From Raja brachyura (lineage: Eukaryota): a stretch of 64,000 nt of DNA. The stretch spans positions 30,752,001 to 30,816,000 of the forward strand of contig OY740796.1 of the NCBI GenBank assembly GCA_963514005.1. The letters are read 5' to 3'. The translations under genes and the position numbers were made by a program. Shown here piece after piece: positions 24,555 to 38,100 of this stretch. The notes beneath the pieces are model-generated. The model was not told the DNA's origin. It did no database searches and saw nothing but the letters and a program-made list of their open reading frames with translations. The first letter of the stretch is position 1, and each line of letters opens with the position of its first letter.

Positions 24555-25215
24555 CAAGTCAATAGTGTTTAATTGTCATATGTACCAGCACCGGAACAAT
24601 TAAAGTCTTACTTGATGCAGTTTTACAGGCTTATTAATGCGATAACAGTACAAATAAATATATAATAATCAATGATACAATAAATTAATAATCAGTAATA
24701 CCAGGTATATAGACCTTAACAGTGCAAAACTGAAGTATGTAGTACAAACAAAACAAAGACAATAGTGGTTCATTACTGAGGTAGGGTTCTGGATAGAGTT
24801 GTGCAGTGTTCAAGAGCCTGATTGTTGCTGGGATGAAGCTGTTTTTGGAAGTAATGGTTTTCAGGCTCCTGTACCACCTCCTTCTTGATAGAAGTAGTGA
24901 GAAGAGAGCATGGTCATGGTGGTGTGGGTCTTTGATGATTAGCTGCCTTCTTGAAGCAGTACTTGTTGATCACTTTGATGGTGGTCAATACCTGTGATGG
25001 ACCAAGCAATGTCTACAACTTTCTGTAGTGTCCTTCATTCCTACACATTAGCATTCCTGAACCAGGCTGTGATACAACCAGTCAGTATGTTCTCTACCCG
25101 TAGAAGTTTCTGAGAGTATTTGGCCATGTACTGAATCTTCTCAATCTTCTAAGGAAGCAAGGGGATTGACGAGCTTTCTTTAATATTGCATCAAAATGCT
25201 GAGCCCAGGACAGAT
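24555..25215 (-). mobile_element. Rex/Babar-like LINE 3' fragment
   Basis: GTCAAGTCAA...TTTAATTGTCATATG tail; minus-strand similarity to the RT end at 52540-53133. Related fragments at ~45790-46260, ~49605-50225 and ~52150-52432 (all minus) and ~58760-59100 (plus). Confidence 0.7.
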
Positions 25216-25552
25216 CCAGAGGACATTGAGGTTGGTTCATTTATCCTTCTGGTGAATTTGCAGGATTTTGCAGAGACAGCAATAGTAATATATTTCAGGT
25301 GCCTTGAAGTACCTGGTGTAGGTAGTCCTAGGCTCAGAAGCAGACTAGAAGGCAGGGATAATCTGAGTGTTGTGCCAGATCAACTACCCTTTATGTCAAC
25401 CAGCCAAAAGCATTACTTTCCATTTATTGGGACACGTTTACATTTTAAAATCGACAAAAGTTGCCATTGTCCATAAAAGCAAGACACAGTGGGCCAGTGT
25501 CTATCTGCACTTGCTCTGTGATGAGGCAGAAGGAGCTCTGATTCATAGTCAA

Positions 25553-25850
25553 AAACCCAGTCTCACGGTGCGAGTTGACCCACAAGGGACCCCGAGTTTT
25601 CACTCGCGGTAATCATGTACAATTAACGTAGTGGGAACGTCGGAACTCGTGCGCGCAACTTACCGTCTCGTGGCGCTATTGGCAGGTACCTGTGAAACTT
25701 GTTAACTCGTGAAAAAATTCAAATATGTTTGAGGTTTTCCACGAGTGAAATTTACTGTTCAAGTTAAAAATAAAAAACATTTAAACTCGTTGTAATAACG
25801 TAGTGGCCCGTGCGTTTACCTTAGTGACTCGTGAGTCTACCGTGGGCACT
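25553..25850 (+). mobile_element. PIF/Harbinger-like MITE, left part
   Basis: The terminus AACCCAGTCTCACGGTGCGAG resembles the TIRs at 44998 and is inverted-complementary to 28281-28324. The interior is CpG-rich with repeated ACTCGT motifs. Confidence 0.6.
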
Positions 25851-26543
25851 CTTTAACTCAGCGGGCAGGCAGCATCTCTGTAGAGAAGGAATGGTTGACG
25901 GGATGACATTTCCAAATTTCTCCAGCACCATGTGTTCACTTTTTGTCAGCAGCATCTGATCTTTCTTGTGTATGACATTAATTGTATCCGTGGCAGTTGA
26001 TTGTCGCTCCCTTCAGTTTCCCAAGGGGTCAGGACGGGCCTGGAGTTGGGAGGGAAAGGTGGGGGAGAGGGGGGTGGGAGGAGGGAGGGGAGGGGGGGTT
26101 GGGGTGACTCAGTACGGGAGACAAGTGTACTGACTGTGTGAGCAGACACTTTGGTAGTGATTGCCCATGGGGTTCACTGTCGAGGACTTCATAATGCAGA
26201 GAGCATTATAAACAGTGGAGCGAATAACCCTGGAAAGGGGGGAGACTTCTCTCTGAGTTGGACCCAGGAAACTGAACCTGAACAGAACACAATCTATAGT
26301 TTGACTAAATGCTTTAAAAAAACTTTAAGTTTTAGATTATGGACAATTTTAAGTTGAGTATGGACAAATCCAACGAACCACACTACATTATTCTTGAATA
26401 GATAACTTTGAATTCGTGATTTTTAAAAAAGGAACCAACATCTACAGTGCCTTGTGCCTTGGCAATTCATGATTCTCCACGCTGGGCAGAGAATGGGATT
26501 AGGTAAGCGGCTAATTTCATTCTAAAACTTGGAATGTCACATT

Positions 26544-26833
26544 GGCGGCACAGCAGTAGAGTTACTGCCTCGCAGCACCAGAGACCCGAGTTCAATCCTG
26601 ACGACTGGTGTTGTCCATATGGAGTTTGCACGTTCTCCCACTCACCACGTAGATTTTTTCCGGGTGCTCCAGTTTCCTCCCACATTCCAAAGACATGCAG
26701 GTTTGTATGTTAATTGTCACCTGTAAATTGCCCCGCAGTGTGTAGGATAGAACTAGTTTCCGGGTGATTGTGGTCAGCATGGGCTCGGTGGGCCGAAGGG
26801 CCTGTTTCCACACTGTATCTAAACTAAACTAAA
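26544..26833 (+). mobile_element. HE1-like SINE, well preserved, with (CTAAA)n tail
   Basis: GGCGGCACAG head, GAGTTCAATCC B-box, GGGCCGAAGGGCCTGTTTCC...TAAACTAAACTAAA. Confidence 0.88.
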
Positions 26834-26835
26834 GG

Positions 26836-26930
26836 CCCTGAAGAAGAGTCCCAACCCGAAACGTCAACTATCCATTTTCTCCAGAGATGCTGCCTCACCC
26901 GTTGAGTTACTCCAACACTTCGTGACCATT
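26836..26930 (+). mobile_element. Short Penelope-derived element starting at a hammerhead-like core
   Basis: CTGAAGA (26838) AGAGTCCCAACCC GAAACGTC, then the conserved GATGCTGCC...GAGTTACTCC 3' part. Confidence 0.75.
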
Positions 26931-27147
26931 TGTGATGAGTTAATGCTTCAACCCTTTCTCGAGGAATGGGAATTAGGGGAAGCAGTAGGAAATATGTTGC
27001 TTGGCATTTAAAATAAATAGATTATTCAGTATAGTCATGCGGTAGAAATGGGAAGAGGAAAGGGGTGGGATAATCAGGGGAACAAATGTATAATTAGCCA
27101 ATTTGGAAAACGAGCAGAATAACTGGAGGAGGGTTTGTTTGATGCCC

Positions 27148-27325
27148 AACACAAAATGCTGGAGTAACTTGGCGGGTCAGGCAGCAACTCTGGAGAGAAG
27201 GAATAGGTGACTTTTCGGGTCGAGATCCTTCTTCAGAAGACGAGCTCTTATCCGAAACGTCACCTACCCACGTTCTCCAGAGATGTTACCTGGCCCGTGT
27301 TGTTGCTCCAGCTTGTTGCGTCTGC
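27148..27325. mobile_element. Palindromic (back-to-back) Penelope-derived element
   Basis: A minus copy at 27148-27236 is joined directly to a plus copy at 27234-27325; the junction is at the two hammerhead-like cores. Confidence 0.75.
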
Positions 27326-28099
27326 CTTCCGTCTAAAGCCTTGGGATCGTTGCCCTTCGTGTTGGCGTGGAGGGGGAGGGGGGTATTGTGCTGTTTGATC
27401 GCCCCCTGCTATCCCAGGGACAGGGAGACCCAGCGGCTTTTGAGACTGGTGGGCAATCACTATCAAAGTGTCTGCCCACGCAGTCAGTACACCTCTCCTA
27501 CACTTGTCTCCCGCACTAAGATCATCCAGCAGAGAATGATCCCAGCCTAACCCAAGAGCCTTGTCACCCCTGACAGATTAATGACGCCCGCGCACCCCCC
27601 CCACCCCCCACCCCAACCTCCCTCCATCTCAACTCACGCCTGGGCATAAAAGCAGCTCAGGAGGCGAACCCTGAGCTCCATCACACAACAATCTGATGTG
27701 AAAGAACAGCGGCAGCCGGCATGGACTTCTCACACCCTCACACACGAAAAGTGTGTGCGAATAAACAAAAACAAGGAATAAAACCAAAGCCCGGCTTGAA
27801 AGGCAACTAAAAATATATTCCGCTTAGAACGAGCAGGCGCGGAGCCATCCGTCAAAATTCAAAGATTTAATCTCCCGTCTCCCCGCAGTGTGTAGACCTG
27901 GCAGTAAATTCAATTAAAATATAACAAACCTTCGCCCGCTGGTCTTCTAACTACATGATGTGTGCACCAAACAAATCATAAGTATAACTGCTCTGGCACT
28001 GGAGGGTGCGCATTTTCCCTTTATAGGTCATATCAATAGATGCGGCCACGCTGAATTTATCTTTAACTCAAAGCCACAGGATGGAGATGTCTTCTTTAA

Positions 28100-28324
28100 C
28101 ACAGTTGCTTATTAAAACCTTCATTCACGGTTGGCTCAAGAGTAACGGGAGATGAACTTGGTAACTCGGGAGAGGAACTTGGAACATCGTAAAAATGACA
28201 TACCCATGGGAACTCGGTTAAACACTTGAACATAAACTTGGAATCTCGTACATAACCACGAGTCTGTTTTTTTTCTTTCACTTGGGGTCACTCGTGTGTA
28301 GACTCGCACCATGAGACAGGGCTT
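28100..28324 (+). mobile_element. PIF/Harbinger-like MITE, right part
   Basis: Ends CTCGCACCATGAGACAGGGCT|TTA, complementary to the 25553 terminus. Confidence 0.6.
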
Positions 28325-30894
28325 TAAGTCTGACCATGTGAATCCCAAATGGCCGATCAGCTTTTAAACACTTTCACCGTGAAATCCTCAGTTTTTGTGT
28401 GAGACAACTTTGAACCATAGAATCACACAGCACAGAAGTGGTCAGAGGAGAAGGCTCGTTGGTTGTCTCAAGTAGCATAGAAGGTGACTGACGATCAGAA
28501 GTATCTGACTGAAATCTAACCACAGCCTGAGGGACAGTCCAACAGGGACTGGAAGAGGGATGGCAAACTCTTGCATCCCTTACATTATACAATGACTGTG
28601 GCTTGCCATTAGGGATAGTTCTCATGCTGTGCAGAACTACTTTTTAATGCTTTTCTGGGATATATAATCCTGTTCCCATAGAATTATCTGCCTTGTCCAT
28701 TACTGACTGCTCTCATCTAGCCCTAAGCAGGGGAAACAGTGGCACAGATGTTAATTCTGCTGTCTCTCAGCGCCAATAACCCTGGCTCAATCCTGGCCTC
28801 CAGTGCTGTCTGGGTTTAGTTTAGATGCTCTCCCTGCGAATGCATGGTTTCCTCTAGGTGCTGCAGTTTCCTCCCACTTATCAGAGATGTGCGGGCCAGT
28901 AGGTTCATTGGCCATAGTGCACAGGTCGGGGTGGTAAAAACTGGAAGGAGTTGACGGGAGTGTTGGAAGAAAGTGGGATTTGTATTGTATTAGGATCAGT
29001 GTACTAAGTGCTCAATGGTCAACATGGCTCGGAAGGTTGAAGAGCCTCTCTCTCTGCTGTATGCTTCACAGTTGTGCAGCACAGTTACGTAGCAGATAGT
29101 CCTAACCTTGGGTGCTGTCTGTGTGCAATTTTGCCCTGTGACCATGCCGGTTTCTCCCAGTTGCTTTTGTTTCCTCCCACGTCCCAAATGCCTACTATAA
29201 ATGGTCCCTATTGTAGGTGGTGGCAGGAGAATCTGGGAGAACTGATGGATCTGTCACAGAGGCTAGATAACAGAGAAATAAGTGGAGCATTGGGATTGAT
29301 GAGATAGCTTAATTGAACTTCAGCTAGTCCATGTTGAGGTCAAAGTGGCCTCCTTATGCATTGTAAGGAATGTAAAATAAATTTGGAACTTGCTCTCACC
29401 TGGCTTGTTTGTGCTGTTTGATGGTTTTGCTAATCTCTGTTTTCATTATACATATTCACATTTACACCAAATAAAAAAAAGATAAATTGTGATAAAATCA
29501 CAATAGTTTGCAAATTGTAACCCTACACAGTTGTAACATTTTTTTATTGAGCCAGTAAGGTCAAGCGGCATCTTAATAGAGTGAAATTTACTTGCTGAAT
29601 GCTGTTATTGCACAATATCAAAGGCGGCCTTAACATGCTCAAAGTTAGAGTTTGTTCCAATGATGGTGAAGGAAATTGGTTAGCACGATTTGTCCAATTT
29701 CATAAAGAGCTGTTTGATGTAGAGTTTGGCAGGATCGCAAGAATTATGGAGCAAAATGTAGGAGTATCATTGTATGCCTGCTGGAATGGCACCTCCCATT
29801 GCCATAATTCCCAGCAGCCAACCTGAGAGCTCTTCACGTAACCCAGCATGTAAGGCCTCTGAAGAAATAAAATTTTGAGTCTGTACAATAAATTCTTGAG
29901 TTGTCACTACTACAAAAGATATTTGAACAAGTACATGGATAGGAAAGGTTTACAGGTATATGAGGCAGGTGGGGCTAATGTAGATGGAGCATCTTGGTTG
30001 GCATGGGTAAAATGGGCTGATGGGCCTGTTTCTGTGCTGTATGACTAATACTCCATGACACATCACAGTCTGAGTGGGGGGTTTTGATTGAATTCGAATG
30101 AATGAGAAACTTTATTGCCTAGTAACTAGTTGCATAATTGTGAAGGAATTATTAAACCCCTCAATGCATTGGATTGTGAGACATAAGGCTGAGGGCTCAG
30201 TCTAGTGATCAGATTACAAAGCATTGGGAGAATGGCGAATTTTCAGAAGTGTCATCTTTTGTGTGAGTTATTAAGCCCAGGCTCCCATTGCCTTCTCAGA
30301 CAGTTATAAAAACACCAACATACTTCAGAGCAGGGTTCTCCAGTTTCTTCATCTCCTAACCAATTCATTTGTACTTTGTGGAATCTTGACCTTGATTTAT
30401 TAAAATTAGCTGCTGCACTTCCTACTTGTTAGCTCCTAGGCACAATAGTGACTACACTTGAAACTACTCCATTGATGTAAAGCCTTTTGAAAGCCTTGAG
30501 GTGTCTAAATGTGCAGAGGTTCTCCAGTTAGTCTTGGTAAGCAGATTATTTAATGTATAGTGAACAGTATGCAACTTTTCTATATCTCACTCAACACAGA
30601 AGGAGGTCTTTATGCCCATTTAGTCTATTACAATTCTCAAAGCATTCCCACCAGACTCTTCCCCCATCCATTTTCCCAGTAACCGGTTCTCTCTCACATG
30701 CCCAACTATTCCTGGTTGTCCCACCACTCACCTACATTTGGGGAAATTTTGCAATTAAGCATTGTAGCAGAACTACCGTGTAGACATATTTCTCAACTCT
30801 CACTGAGCTGACAGACAAAGCTACCATTTTGGATGCAAAGATCCCCCTCTGATTGTTCCCCAGCAATGGAAGTGAGGAAGCTTCATCAACACCA

Positions 30895-31515
30895 GGTGCT
30901 GGTTTATACCAAAGATAGACGCAAAGTGCTGGATTAACTCAGCGGGTCAGGCAGCATCTCTGGAGAAAATGGATAGGCATGTTTTGGGCCCTTCTTCAGA
31001 CTGATTGTGGGGGGTGGGGGTGGGAGTGGAAACTGGAAGCAAAAGACCAGGACAAATCAGAGTCGTCAACAGATGACCTCAGGCAGGGATGTTCCTGATA
31101 AGCCGATTGTTAGTAAGGAGCACTGTGATCCCAAGAAGGATACATTGCGAACTGTGGAACTGGTTACCAAGCTTTTAGTGGAGGAAGAAGAGCAAGGGGA
31201 GTGTGGAGGAAGGGGGTGGAGTGCTTGTGGAGTTACCTTAAATTAGAGAATGCAAAGTCGATACCACTGGAATGTAAGCTGCCCAAGCAGAATGTGAGGT
31301 GATGTTTCTCCAGTTTGTGTGTGGCTTCACTCTGGCAATGGAGGAGGCTCAGTAAGGCCAGTATGAGAATGGGAAGAGGTGTTAGAATGGTTAGCAACTG
31401 GTAGATGCATTAGGCCTTGGCAGATCGAGCATAAGTATTCAGTGAAATAGTCGCCGAGGTCTACGCATTTTCTCATCACCAGACAGGAGCAGGCATAGGG
31501 AACACCTGATGCAGT
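30895..31515 (-). mobile_element. Penelope-like 3' fragment (degenerate GIY-YIG plus 3' UTR)
   Basis: Reverse-complement similarity to 4350-4945. Confidence 0.75.
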
Positions 31516-32055
31516 AGAAAAGGATCATCTAACCTTCATCATCTATTCAGCTAGATCCTCTGTCCATGCCTTGAATTGAGAACCATTTCCAAAGCTAATC
31601 CTGTGATTAGCTCCTGCCATTTTTGGGAGGTGCATTATTTCTGCTAATGAAACTACACAGATGCAGTAATGCAGCCAACTTGTAGGAAAATAACATTTTA
31701 GCTATCTTATGGATTCATGAATTCATGGAAGGATGCTTCATCAGAGAACTGCCCTTCCATCATTTGCTCAGGAGTGTTGATGGTTGCCATGCAAGTACCG
31801 TGGCTACAAGAGCAGGCCGGAGCTGGGCATCTCGGAGAAACTGATTCACCTCCGGCCATCCGAATGCCTGGTCTTCACCCACAAGGCACACATCAGGAAT
31901 GTCATGGAATACTCTCCACTTGACTGGATGAATGCAACTCCCACAATTATTACAATTATTACAAAGCTCAGTAATATCAATGCCAAGAGCTCACTAGGCC
32001 TGCTTGCTGGATACTGTAAACATTCATTCCCTTCGTCACTGGCACACTATGGCAC

Positions 32056-32408
32056 ACTTGGACATGCTAGAGGCAGGAAAAATGTTCCCAATGTTGGGGG
32101 AGTCCAGAACCAGGGGCCACAGTTTAAGAATAAGGAGTAAGCCATTTAGAATGGAGACGAGCAAACACTTTTTCTCACAGAGAGTGGTGAGTCTGTGGAA
32201 ATCTCTGCCTCAGAGGGCGGTGGAGGCAGGTTCTCTGGATGCTTTCAAGAGAGAGCTAGATAGGGCTCTTAAAAATAGCGGAGGCAGGGGATATGGGGAG
32301 AAGGCAGGAACGGGGTACTGATTGGGGATGATCAGCCATGATCACATTGAATGGCGGTGCTGGCTTGAAGGGCCGAATGGCCTATTCCTGCACCTATTGT
32401 CTATTGTT
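32056..32408 (+). mobile_element. HER1-like CR1 3' end
   Basis: ORF 32004-32321 (AGKMFPMLGESRTRGHSLRI...GYGEKAGTGY) and a CTATTGT tail. Confidence 0.9.
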
Positions 32409-33409
32409 TATAGTGTATACCATTTACAGTACAAAATGCGCTGTTATTCATTGAACCTATTTCAAAAGCGCATGGCCTTTACCACTGAGAAATACAAGTG
32501 AGCGTTAATGTGTGAACCAGCTGAGCAGTTCAAGGAGTTAAGAGATGCACTGCATGTTCGACCAGTCTCCAGTGCTTGTTGCTGTTTTCACATTCTGGAT
32601 CTTACCTTCAGCTTCAGTGCCAATCTGAAGAGCTTGCTTTATCTTTGAACTCACCAGCTAAACTCACTTGACTAAACTCACCAGTAATAGTCTTATCATG
32701 AAAGCTGCAGGTTCCTTCTCAACCTTGCAATAATTGCTGATGAATCGCCACAAATACTTCTGATCCAGAAAGGGAAACAGTTCAACCATGGAGTCTTATT
32801 CCTTCCAGTAATTAAATGCTGTTGAAGACTTTAAAAAGCTCATTTTGATTCTGTTTCCATCTCTTAAGTCTCTGATCATCTCTTTCCATTTCTCATCCTA
32901 TGTCCAATCTGAAGTTAAGTACCTCTTCTTGTGCATATTTTGATCCTCTGTTTGTTTCTCAGTCTTTAAATCTCATTAGTTGAGGAGATAATACCTCGGT
33001 CCTACCAATCATCAGTTCATAAGTTCATAAGTCATAGGAGCAGAATTAGGTCATTTGGTCCATCAAGTCTACTACACCATTCAATCATGGCTGATCTATC
33101 GTTCCCTCCCAACCCCATTCTCCTGCCTTCTCTCCATAAGTCTTGACATCTTTACTAATCAAGAATTTGTCACTCTCTGCCTTAAAAAATATCCAATGGC
33201 CTCCACAGTTGTTCATGGCAAAGATTTCCACAGATTCACCACCCTCTAACTAAAGAAATTCCGCATCTCCTGAAAACATCAATCATGGATGTGTTGGATT
33301 TACTAACCGTTATTAGTTTAACATTGCAGCAGTTATCAAAGTATTTGAATGGAAGGATTGCAGCACCATCTAAGAGGATGACCTGAACAGATGAATTAGG
33401 CCTTAAGAA

Positions 33410-33780
33410 GGAGGAGAAGGAGCAGCCTGTCCCACCGGGCGCAGAGATGCTGGCAGGCGCGACCTGCACAGCAATGGTCGTTTAAAGCTCCGAAAAGGAG
33501 CAGTTTGCCAAGCGTGGGGCCGAAGATGTGGACAGGCACAGCCTGCAAAAGGAACTTCGCTGAAGCTCCGATAAGGAGGTCGACCCGGACTCTGAGACGC
33601 TGGCAGGTAAGGTCTGCTTACTAACTTCTGTGGAAGCTCCGAAATGGAGCAGCCTGGCGACCCGGGCTCTGAAACACTGGCAGGGTGGCCTGCACAGCAA
33701 CCGCTGAAAGTTCCGAAATGGAGCTGGTTGTTGGAACCGGGCTCAGAGACGCTGGCAGGATGGCCTGCACAGCAATATTG
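33410..33780 (+). repeat. Degenerate ~70-bp tandem repeats in the ORF1 region of DIRS copy 3
   Basis: Recurring CTCCGAAA.GGAGC...CCGGGCTC.GAGACGCTGGCAGG...CCTGCACAGCAA. Confidence 0.75.
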
Positions 33781-34909
33781 GCCTAGTTCAGGGTAGACCA
33801 ACTTGAAACTGGCTGTCTAAATGGTTCATATTGGCCAGGGAAGCACTGCCTCCACATCTATGATTGAGGTTATCAGGATACCCACGAGGGTGAGGAAGGT
33901 GCATTTCATTGATAGAGGCAAGTAAACTCAGATATTTGAGAATATCTCCTGCTCAGAAGCAGGGAGTTTGAGGATTCGCTCAACACATGCTATATTCTTT
34001 CAGCTTGGCTAAAATGAGTTGCCAGCACGCTGGAACATCATTTGCCATCCTCTCGGGGATAGGTAAACCAGTAAAGGCCAAACTGGCATGTAGCATTTTT
34101 ACCTGACTTGCAGGTTTGTGTTGTAAAAGTTAAAATAAAATAAAATAAATAATAAAAAACAAAAGCTCCGTCAGGGAGCAGTTTGGCGACCCAAGTTCAG
34201 GGTAGGCCAAGCCAAAACGGCAAAATGTCCAGAAGGACAATATTGGGCAGGAAGGTACTGCCTCAACATCCATTGAGGATATCATTTGTAGGCCTGAGTG
34301 AGAGGCTGGTCGAAGGGAATGTTGCGCGCACTGGCAATCGAGACAGGTAGTTCCAGCCAGAGGTCTGCGGCAGCAATACCTGGTTCAGGGTTGCATTATG
34401 ATATCTCCCACTCTGAGGGGTATTTTGAAGAGTATTTGGTGAGACTCTGACTGTGAGGTAGTTGACAGTGAACTAAAATTCACACATCAAGTGGATGATA
34501 TGCTTCAACTCAAGTCTCATAAGAATCTGCTGGCACTTGTGACTAAATTTGCCATCCCTTCAGGGATAGCAGAACCGTTAGAGAAAGAACTGGCAAGTAG
34601 CATTGGTTATTTGACTTCTCATCAGTTGATTGAGAAGTTCATGCAGGACACTGCTGGATAGTATGCTAGTTCTGATGTCTGCCAGACACTGGAGGTCCGT
34701 AGGTTAATGCCACCACTTGGGGCTATCTGAAGGGTAAAACAAAGTCAAAAGACTTTAAACTCCAGCGAGTTCAGAGAATTCTCAAAGAGGGATTACGGCA
34801 TTTGCAAGGTCAGTGGAGGGAACTCAGCTGTCTGAATTGCAGTAGGCGCCTTAGCACTTTTGTGTAATGCAGAGTCTAAACTCAAATTGTGTTAGGATGG
34901 TATAGGCCT

Positions 34910-35153
34910 CAGCCATCAGGCTATTAAACTTGGCTCGGTCAAAACTCTGAACATTAATACCCCTTTATCTGTTATTTGCACTTTACCAATTAATTTATTC
35001 ATGTGTGTATTTACGTATATAATGGTATATATGACACACTGATCTGTTTTGTAGTCAATGCCTACTATGTCCTGTTGTGCTAAGCAAAGAAAGAATTTCA
35101 TTGTCCTGTCAGGGGCACATGACAATAAACTCTTTTGACTTTGACTTGACTTT
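34910..35153 (+). mobile_element. Rex/Babar-like LINE 3' end inserted in DIRS copy 3
   Basis: Matches 53172-53357; (TTGAC)n tail; GGCCT duplicated at 34905-34909 and 35154-35158. Confidence 0.88.
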
Positions 35154-38100
35154 GGCCTGAGGTCAACCCAATGTATGCCAATTTTGTGCCAGGCTAGTAC
35201 GTGCAGTCTGCAAGTATCTCTTGGGAGAAGACTTGGGCTAGCAAGTAAAAGACTTGCAAGATGAATTCAAGGCTGCGGTTGGTGTGGTAAAGACACCCTT
35301 TGTGGGTAAAGACACCCTTTGTGGGTAAGTCCCGTTTACCTGCATGCATATCAACCCTGCCAAATGAGCATCTTTTATTTAAATAACCGTCTTTTATTCA
35401 CGGTTTTAGCACTCACCATGGAGGCAGCACACTCCACATACTCAGTATTGTTCCCCAGCTGGCCACGATGCCCGAGCCAAGGGGACAGAAAAAGTCTAGG
35501 GTCAGTTGACTCTATTGATCATCCGCCTAAGGCCATTTTTGGGGGTGTCAGTCTCAGGGGTTGCTGGATCTTGGTGGCTGTAGGTGATAATCACCTTTTG
35601 TCTATTATTTTATTTGCAGCCTTGGTTGTTTTTATAGCAAGTGCTTTCTTAGAAACTGCCTTGATCACATCTACAGCCACCGTCTGTCTCGTCATGGACA
35701 GCAATGCGACAATGAGGTGGAGGCCGTTGAGGTATGCAAATATTATTCCATCAGTCGCATGAGATGTGCTGACGATATTCAAGTCAGAGATAGGTTGAGA
35801 CGGTACAACACAGGTGGGGAAAGATAACATCCGATCTTTCCATTTTACAAATCATAAACGGTTATAAGATTCAGTTTCTGGCTGATTAATTTCCTCCGCG
35901 GCAAGAGAAGCCAAGATTTCCGTACATACGGTCTAAAGAGGAAACTATGGCTATCCAAGTTGAAACAGAGACATTTCACAAAAGGATGAGCAGGCTGTCC
36001 ATGAACAAGAGGGGTATATTTCTAATATCTACTCACGGTTGAAGAAAAGTGGAGGATGCCAAATCATTCTAGGATTTGGCTAGTCTGAACATGTGCTTGT
36101 TATAACCATTTTAAGATGGATAGTTTTCATTCAGCAAAATAGCTGATTACAGAGGATTGCTTTAGGGCCTCAATCGATCTCGAAGATGCATACTTTTCCA
36201 TATCAATACACGAGAGTCACAGGAATTATCTGAGGTTTATCTGGCAAGACCAGTTGTGGACATTTTAGGCTCTACCTATGGGGTTGACTTCAGCCCTAGG
36301 CTACTTACAAAGATTCTAAAGTCAATGTTGCCCTACTCAGATCTAAAGGGCATTTTATCATGGAGTTTATAGAGGACATGCTTATTATAGGGAAGAGATC
36401 AGGTGTCACAGAGTTAGCTGTTTCAGCAACCATGGCACTCCTAGAATATCTAGGGTTTGTTATTCATCCAGGAAAGTCCATACTGGAACCAGCATTATCT
36501 ATTACATATTTAGGTTTTGTCATAAACTTTGCAGATATGTCTCGCACCCTACACACAGATAAGACTTAGGGTATTTATCAGTAGATGCCTCCTAAGATAA
36601 TTCAAGACGAGGCAACATGAATGATAGTAGTGCCAAATTGGCCTACTCAACCATGGCTTCCATTGTAAATAAGTCAGCTGAAAGAAGCTCCTATTTTTGC
36701 TTAAAGACACAAGCGGTGGCTAGTTCAACCTATTTCTCGTGCATCTATCACTGCATGGTTGTATGGAAAGTTTTGTGAAGAGACACATGCGAGCTAGTTT
36801 TAAACAGAAGTAGCAGAGGTTTGTGGTTTTCTTTCAGTTTGGGTTTAAGAGAAGTGACTATCTTATAGCGCAATTAACACTGCTCATACTGCTTTGCCGT
36901 TGTATCTAGAAATAAGTGGGACAATAAATGATTGGTTTTCACCCACTGTTGACTAAGGTTATGGAAGGTGTCTTTTATATAAACACTCTAAAGCCTAGAT
37001 ACAAAGTAGTGTGGAATGTGTAATCAGTATAAACTTTTATGCAGATTATCATCAGCTGTATCCCTATCATTGGAGCAGTTACTCTTAATTTAGTCATGCT
37101 TACGACACTGATTTCAGTACGAAGAGCACAGTCTTTACACAATCTCTGGATCTCTCGGTCATATTTGACAAGAGGGTATCATTTTATGTGAATTAACTCA
37201 TAAAGCAAAACAGGCACGGTTGGGTACAAGTTGGAGTTGACAGCATACCCACCAGATCGGAGATTGGGGGTGTTTATTATGTAAAAAGGTACACTGAGGT
37301 TACTAAGAACCTATAAGATGAAGGAAAAGTTTCTTCATAGTTATATAATAGTTTCGCAAGAGATTGTTGGTGCAGACTATTTCAAGATGGATAGAGTGTA
37401 AGCAGCTGAAAGCAGGAGTGAATACAAATAATTTCAAGTCTCACTCTACCAGGGCGGCTGGATCGTCAGCAGCCAATAGAATGGATATTCCGCATTAATC
37501 ACTTTCTTGCAACAGCAGGCGGCTCAGATAAGCGCACTTTCAGAAGTTATAAAATGTTGTTGAACATGTCTGGACGGTTGCAGATAGAATTCTGAGCTGT
37601 GTTGCATGAGCCATTATCTAACCCAAAGGCAATTGGGACTGTGGTCCAATTAAGGGTGATGTACATGTATGTAAAGTTAGCATCATGTTGTTAATGGCCC
37701 ATGTCTTTTCTACCATTTATGGTTTATCTGTTTAGTGTTTTCAAATACAGATTGATTTACTGCATGAAACCACAGGGCTTCAAAGGCTTCACGTAGTCTC
37801 ATCACGAGACTTCGATATAAAATAGAAAGTTTAAACGAGAATTTACCTTTTGAAGTTTGATCTTTATTTAATGAGAAGTTGGAGTGAGAGACTACGTGTC
37901 CTCCACTCCCAACCCTGAATCTCATCAAGATCATTCGATAAGTAAAGCATTATTAATCTTTTTATAGTTTAATTTGGTGCAAGTAGTCTGTGATTTCATA
38001 CAGTTGCTTTGAAGATTGAAGCGCATGCGGGCTGGCAGGTTCTTCACGTAGTCTCTCACTCCAACTTCTCATAAAATAAAGATCAAACTTCAAACAGTAA

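Noticed and set aside
26544-26620. tRNA genes
   Set aside because: The A/B-box heads continue into SINE cores and CR1-type tails; no complete cloverleaf with a terminator.
35319-35762. 147-aa hydrophobic ORF
   Set aside because: Lies within decayed DIRS copy 3, has a non-ATG start and no recognisable motif.
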